Of a stretch of 64,000 nt of DNA, positions 60,838 through 64,000 are shown piece after piece. A program made the position numbers and the translations under genes. Position 1 is the stretch's first letter. Every line of letters starts with the position of its first letter. Source of the stretch: Amoebidium appalachense (lineage: Eukaryota > Protista > Ichthyosporea); the NCBI GenBank assembly GCA_963693365.1, contig CAVNZM010000004.1, forward strand, positions 2,130,389 through 2,194,388, given 5' to 3'. Below the pieces are notes generated by a model. That model was not told the origin of the DNA and ran no database searches. It was given only the letters and a program-made list of their open reading frames with translations.

Positions 60838-61524
60838 GTCAGCTCTCACTGATAACCCTCTTCCTCTTCCTGCCTCCTGTCCACCTCCCCCTCATCCCCT
60901 TCCCCTCCCCCCACCCCGGCCCCCTCTCTCTCTGCCCTTTCCACACTCTCTACCCTGTCCCCTAACCCGGCTCCCTCTCCCTCCTCTCCCCCGTTCCCGG
61001 GTCTCTTTCCTCCTTCTCTTCAAGGCTATACAAGTAAATATTCCTCGGCCGGTGAGCTAGGTGAGGCTTTTCCAGAACACATCAGGCACACGCAACCTCC
61101 AACCTTATGCCCAAAGATGGTCCCCTTCCCCTGCTCCCTCTCTTTCGCTCCATCTATTTCCCCCACCCACCCACACTCTCCCTTCCTCTTCTCTCTCTCT
61201 GTCTCTCTCCTTCTCCCTCTTGCTTTCTTTCTCTCCTCGCATCTTTAAGCCGGTGAGTGTTTGTGTCTAGGTGTGCATGCAGCTTTATTTTATATTTGTT
61301 GTGTCCCTTACCCTCTTTTCACACCCCTTCTCCCCTTCTCTCCTTCACCTCCCCCCCCCCCCCCCCCCCCCCCCCCGGGGCCCCAACCCCCAACCCCCAT
61401 CATCTTCTACCGGCCCCCACCATGGGGCCCTACATATACATTTATGCCGCCCCCGCTCCCCCTCTCTCTCTCCCCCCCCTCTCCCCCCCCCCCCCCCCAA
61501 AAAAGGTTAATCCCTCCCTCCCCC

Positions 61525-61620
<96 letters not shown>

Positions 61621-62198
61621 TGTGGGCCCAGGGCCGGCAGCGCCGGGGGTTGGGGGGGGATCCATACCTTCTCAAGCTTGGACTTGAGGTGTTTGTTGAT
61701 GCGCTTGGTGCCTGTGTTGATAGGCCACCCGCATTCATTTGGCGGCTGATCGAGCCCGGCCGTGGTATGCTTGTAGGGGGTCGTATACTGCTTGGCCGGC
61801 GTATCATGCGTGGGGTATTATCAGTCGATTCTGTCGGTGTGGGCCCACGAGAGGAGGGGACGCTTGCTACAGAAGGGATGGTGGGGTTGCCGTACGTGTA
61901 GAGGCCGGATGGGACGGAGGGGGGACGTCGTACCGGGGGGTCTGGTTTGGCAAACGCGTAGTCTTTGGTGCTGTCTGCTTGGGTTGGGGCACCTGCACAT
62001 GCGGCGGTACACATGTTAGAAAGGGGGTCGACGGTGTGGGCGTGGGTTTCATTTTTGTTTTCGTACTTGGGTTTGTTTCTATTTTTATTATCAGAGTTGT
62101 TTCCTTTTTTGGTTTCTTTTTTCAAAAAAAAGAATTTTGGCGGTGGTGATGGTGGTGGTGGTGTGTGTGTGTGCGTGCGTGCGTGGGGTAGGGTTTGT

Positions 62199-62254
<56 letters not shown>

Positions 62255-62407
62255 AATGTCAAGGAGTGGTCCCTACACAGAAGAAATGTCGTATCGGTCT
62301 CTGTGTTCAAGGGGGAAAGGGAGTGAGGGGAGGGGGTTCGGGGGGGGGGGGGGGGGGGGGGAGGGAGAAGACGGTGGGTTCGAAGGGGGGAGGAGGGAAC
62401 GGGGAAA

Positions 62408-62448
<41 letters not shown>

Positions 62449-62592
62449 CTTTTCATTCCCTTCGTGCCTGCATTGACATCAGAGAAAACTGCATTCATGC
62501 CACTTTCTCGAATCATCATTTTTGTAAAACGGATGAGCAGAGAATGATAAGAAGGAAGAGGGGCACCGAAGTGTGGCTGCTGGGCCTCTTTG

Positions 62593-62635
<43 letters not shown>

Positions 62636-63268
62636 AGAGAGAATGCAGGAAAGGAGATATGTGTTTGGTGATCGGAGAAAGTGGGTGGGTAGAGGAGCCT
62701 CTCTGTCGACAGCCAGCCAATGACATGGGGATCTGCACATACCAGCAAGTCCAGCCATGTTGTTAGGCACCGATGCCCTTGTTCTTGGGGTGCCCCCCAC
62801 CACACTGGAGGAGAAATACGCCCCACTGGCTGCACTCGTCATGGTCTCCCGTAACCTCTTCCTGTCGTCTCTGACTGCCCGGCGCACACCCTCCATATCT
62901 TCATTGCTCCCACCACCACCGTTAACATACCCTTCTTCCACCTGCCCACCACCACCATAACTCATAAAACCACCGTTATTGGAACCGTAATCAACTGTTG
63001 TTGCCGTGCGGGTGACCCGTTTTGTTTCTTGTGGTGAGTAAGGGAGTATAGTGTCCGTCCCTCTTCGCGGTGACGCCATTATTGGGTCTGCAAAAGGAGA
63101 ATAGCGGCCAGAATCAACCCCCAACCACCCGGTGTCTGTGTGGTCGTTGAGGGGGGATGTGTCTTGGGGGAAAACAAGGGCACTATCGAGACTGTCCAGA
63201 AGACCTGGTCCGAGAGCTCCCTTTCCCAGTGATGGAGATGAAAACGGGGAGGGTGTCAAGTCTTGTAT
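60401..63268 (-). CDS. SLAIN-like microtubule plus-end-tracking protein, 3' three exons; 5' end not identified in the window
   Basis: Phase-consistent exons 63268-62743, 61992-61668, 60740-60401 (397 codons). Ser/Pro/Arg-rich with SxIP-like TSIP and TNLP; ends DDDWLEDCY*. Confidence 0.72.
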
Positions 63269-63284
63269 CTGTGGTTGGGCAGTT

Positions 63285-63333
<49 letters not shown>

Positions 63334-63374
63334 TATGGGTGTGTGGGTGTGGGTGGGTGGGTGGGTGGGTGGGT

Positions 63375-63433
<59 letters not shown>

Positions 63434-63783
63434 GGTGGGTGGGTGAATGGGCGGGTGTGTGTGTGTGTGTGTCTGTCCTTGTGTGGTGTTTGAAGCGGTG
63501 TGTGTGTGTGCCGGGGGGGGGGGGGGGGGGGGGGGGACGTGTGTGTGTGGTGGAGGGGGGAGGGGGGGGAGGGGGGGGGGGAGAATGGTGCAGGATGCAA
63601 GGGCATGAAGGGGAGGGGGGGAAAGGGGGGGGAGGGGGGGGGGTTTTGAGGGACATTGGGGGAGGAAGGGAGGGGGGGGGGGGGGGTATAAAGCCCTAGT
63701 TTTGAAAGGAGACACTACTCCCTACCCCCCCTCCCCCCCCCCCCAAAAAAAAAAAAAAAAAAAAAGGGGGGGATGGGGGGGAG

Positions 63784-63814
<31 letters not shown>

Positions 63815-64000
63815 AAAAAAAAAAGGGGGGGGGGGATGGTGGGGAGAGGGGGGGGGGGGGGGGGGGGGAGGGGGAGGCAAAGGTGAAACGCAAAGGCATG
63901 GAGAAATAAAGGGCGCAATATTCAGGTTCGGCAGGATGATACCAAGCACTAAGGAATAAAAAAAAACTCCACAACAGCCTGTATCGAGACTTCTTTACCG

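Overview
Intron-rich eukaryotic DNA dense in G/C homopolymers, microsatellites and transposon debris, so most of the supplied ORF track is low-complexity artefact. Spliced genes reconstructed from GT-AG junctions: a short (197 aa) tropomyosin with an animal-type N-terminus (19040-22366, +), a PtpB/Y_phosphatase3-type phosphatase (HCSYGKDRTG; 37579-42848, -), a MED30-like Mediator subunit (46220-52686, -), the 3' part of a SLAIN-like microtubule plus-end protein (60401-63268, -), and a multi-exon ParB-like/DUF3723-like gene, possibly decaying (1298-8885, -). Single-exon ORFs include a stand-alone protein with five CPWE motifs (57365-57973, -), resembling the G-alpha-binding motif of PDE6-gamma/GPR158/GPR179, and two hypothetical proteins. 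Mobile DNA includes an APE-RT non-LTR retrotransposon with an open ORF2, two related solo LTRs inserted in poly-G, two inverted copies of a gag-like element (one interrupted by a hairpin-ended insertion), a ~115-bp dispersed repeat and several foldback elements. Gene content suggests a unicellular holozoan such as an ichthyosporean (inference). All homology calls are from motif recognition by eye; no searches were run.
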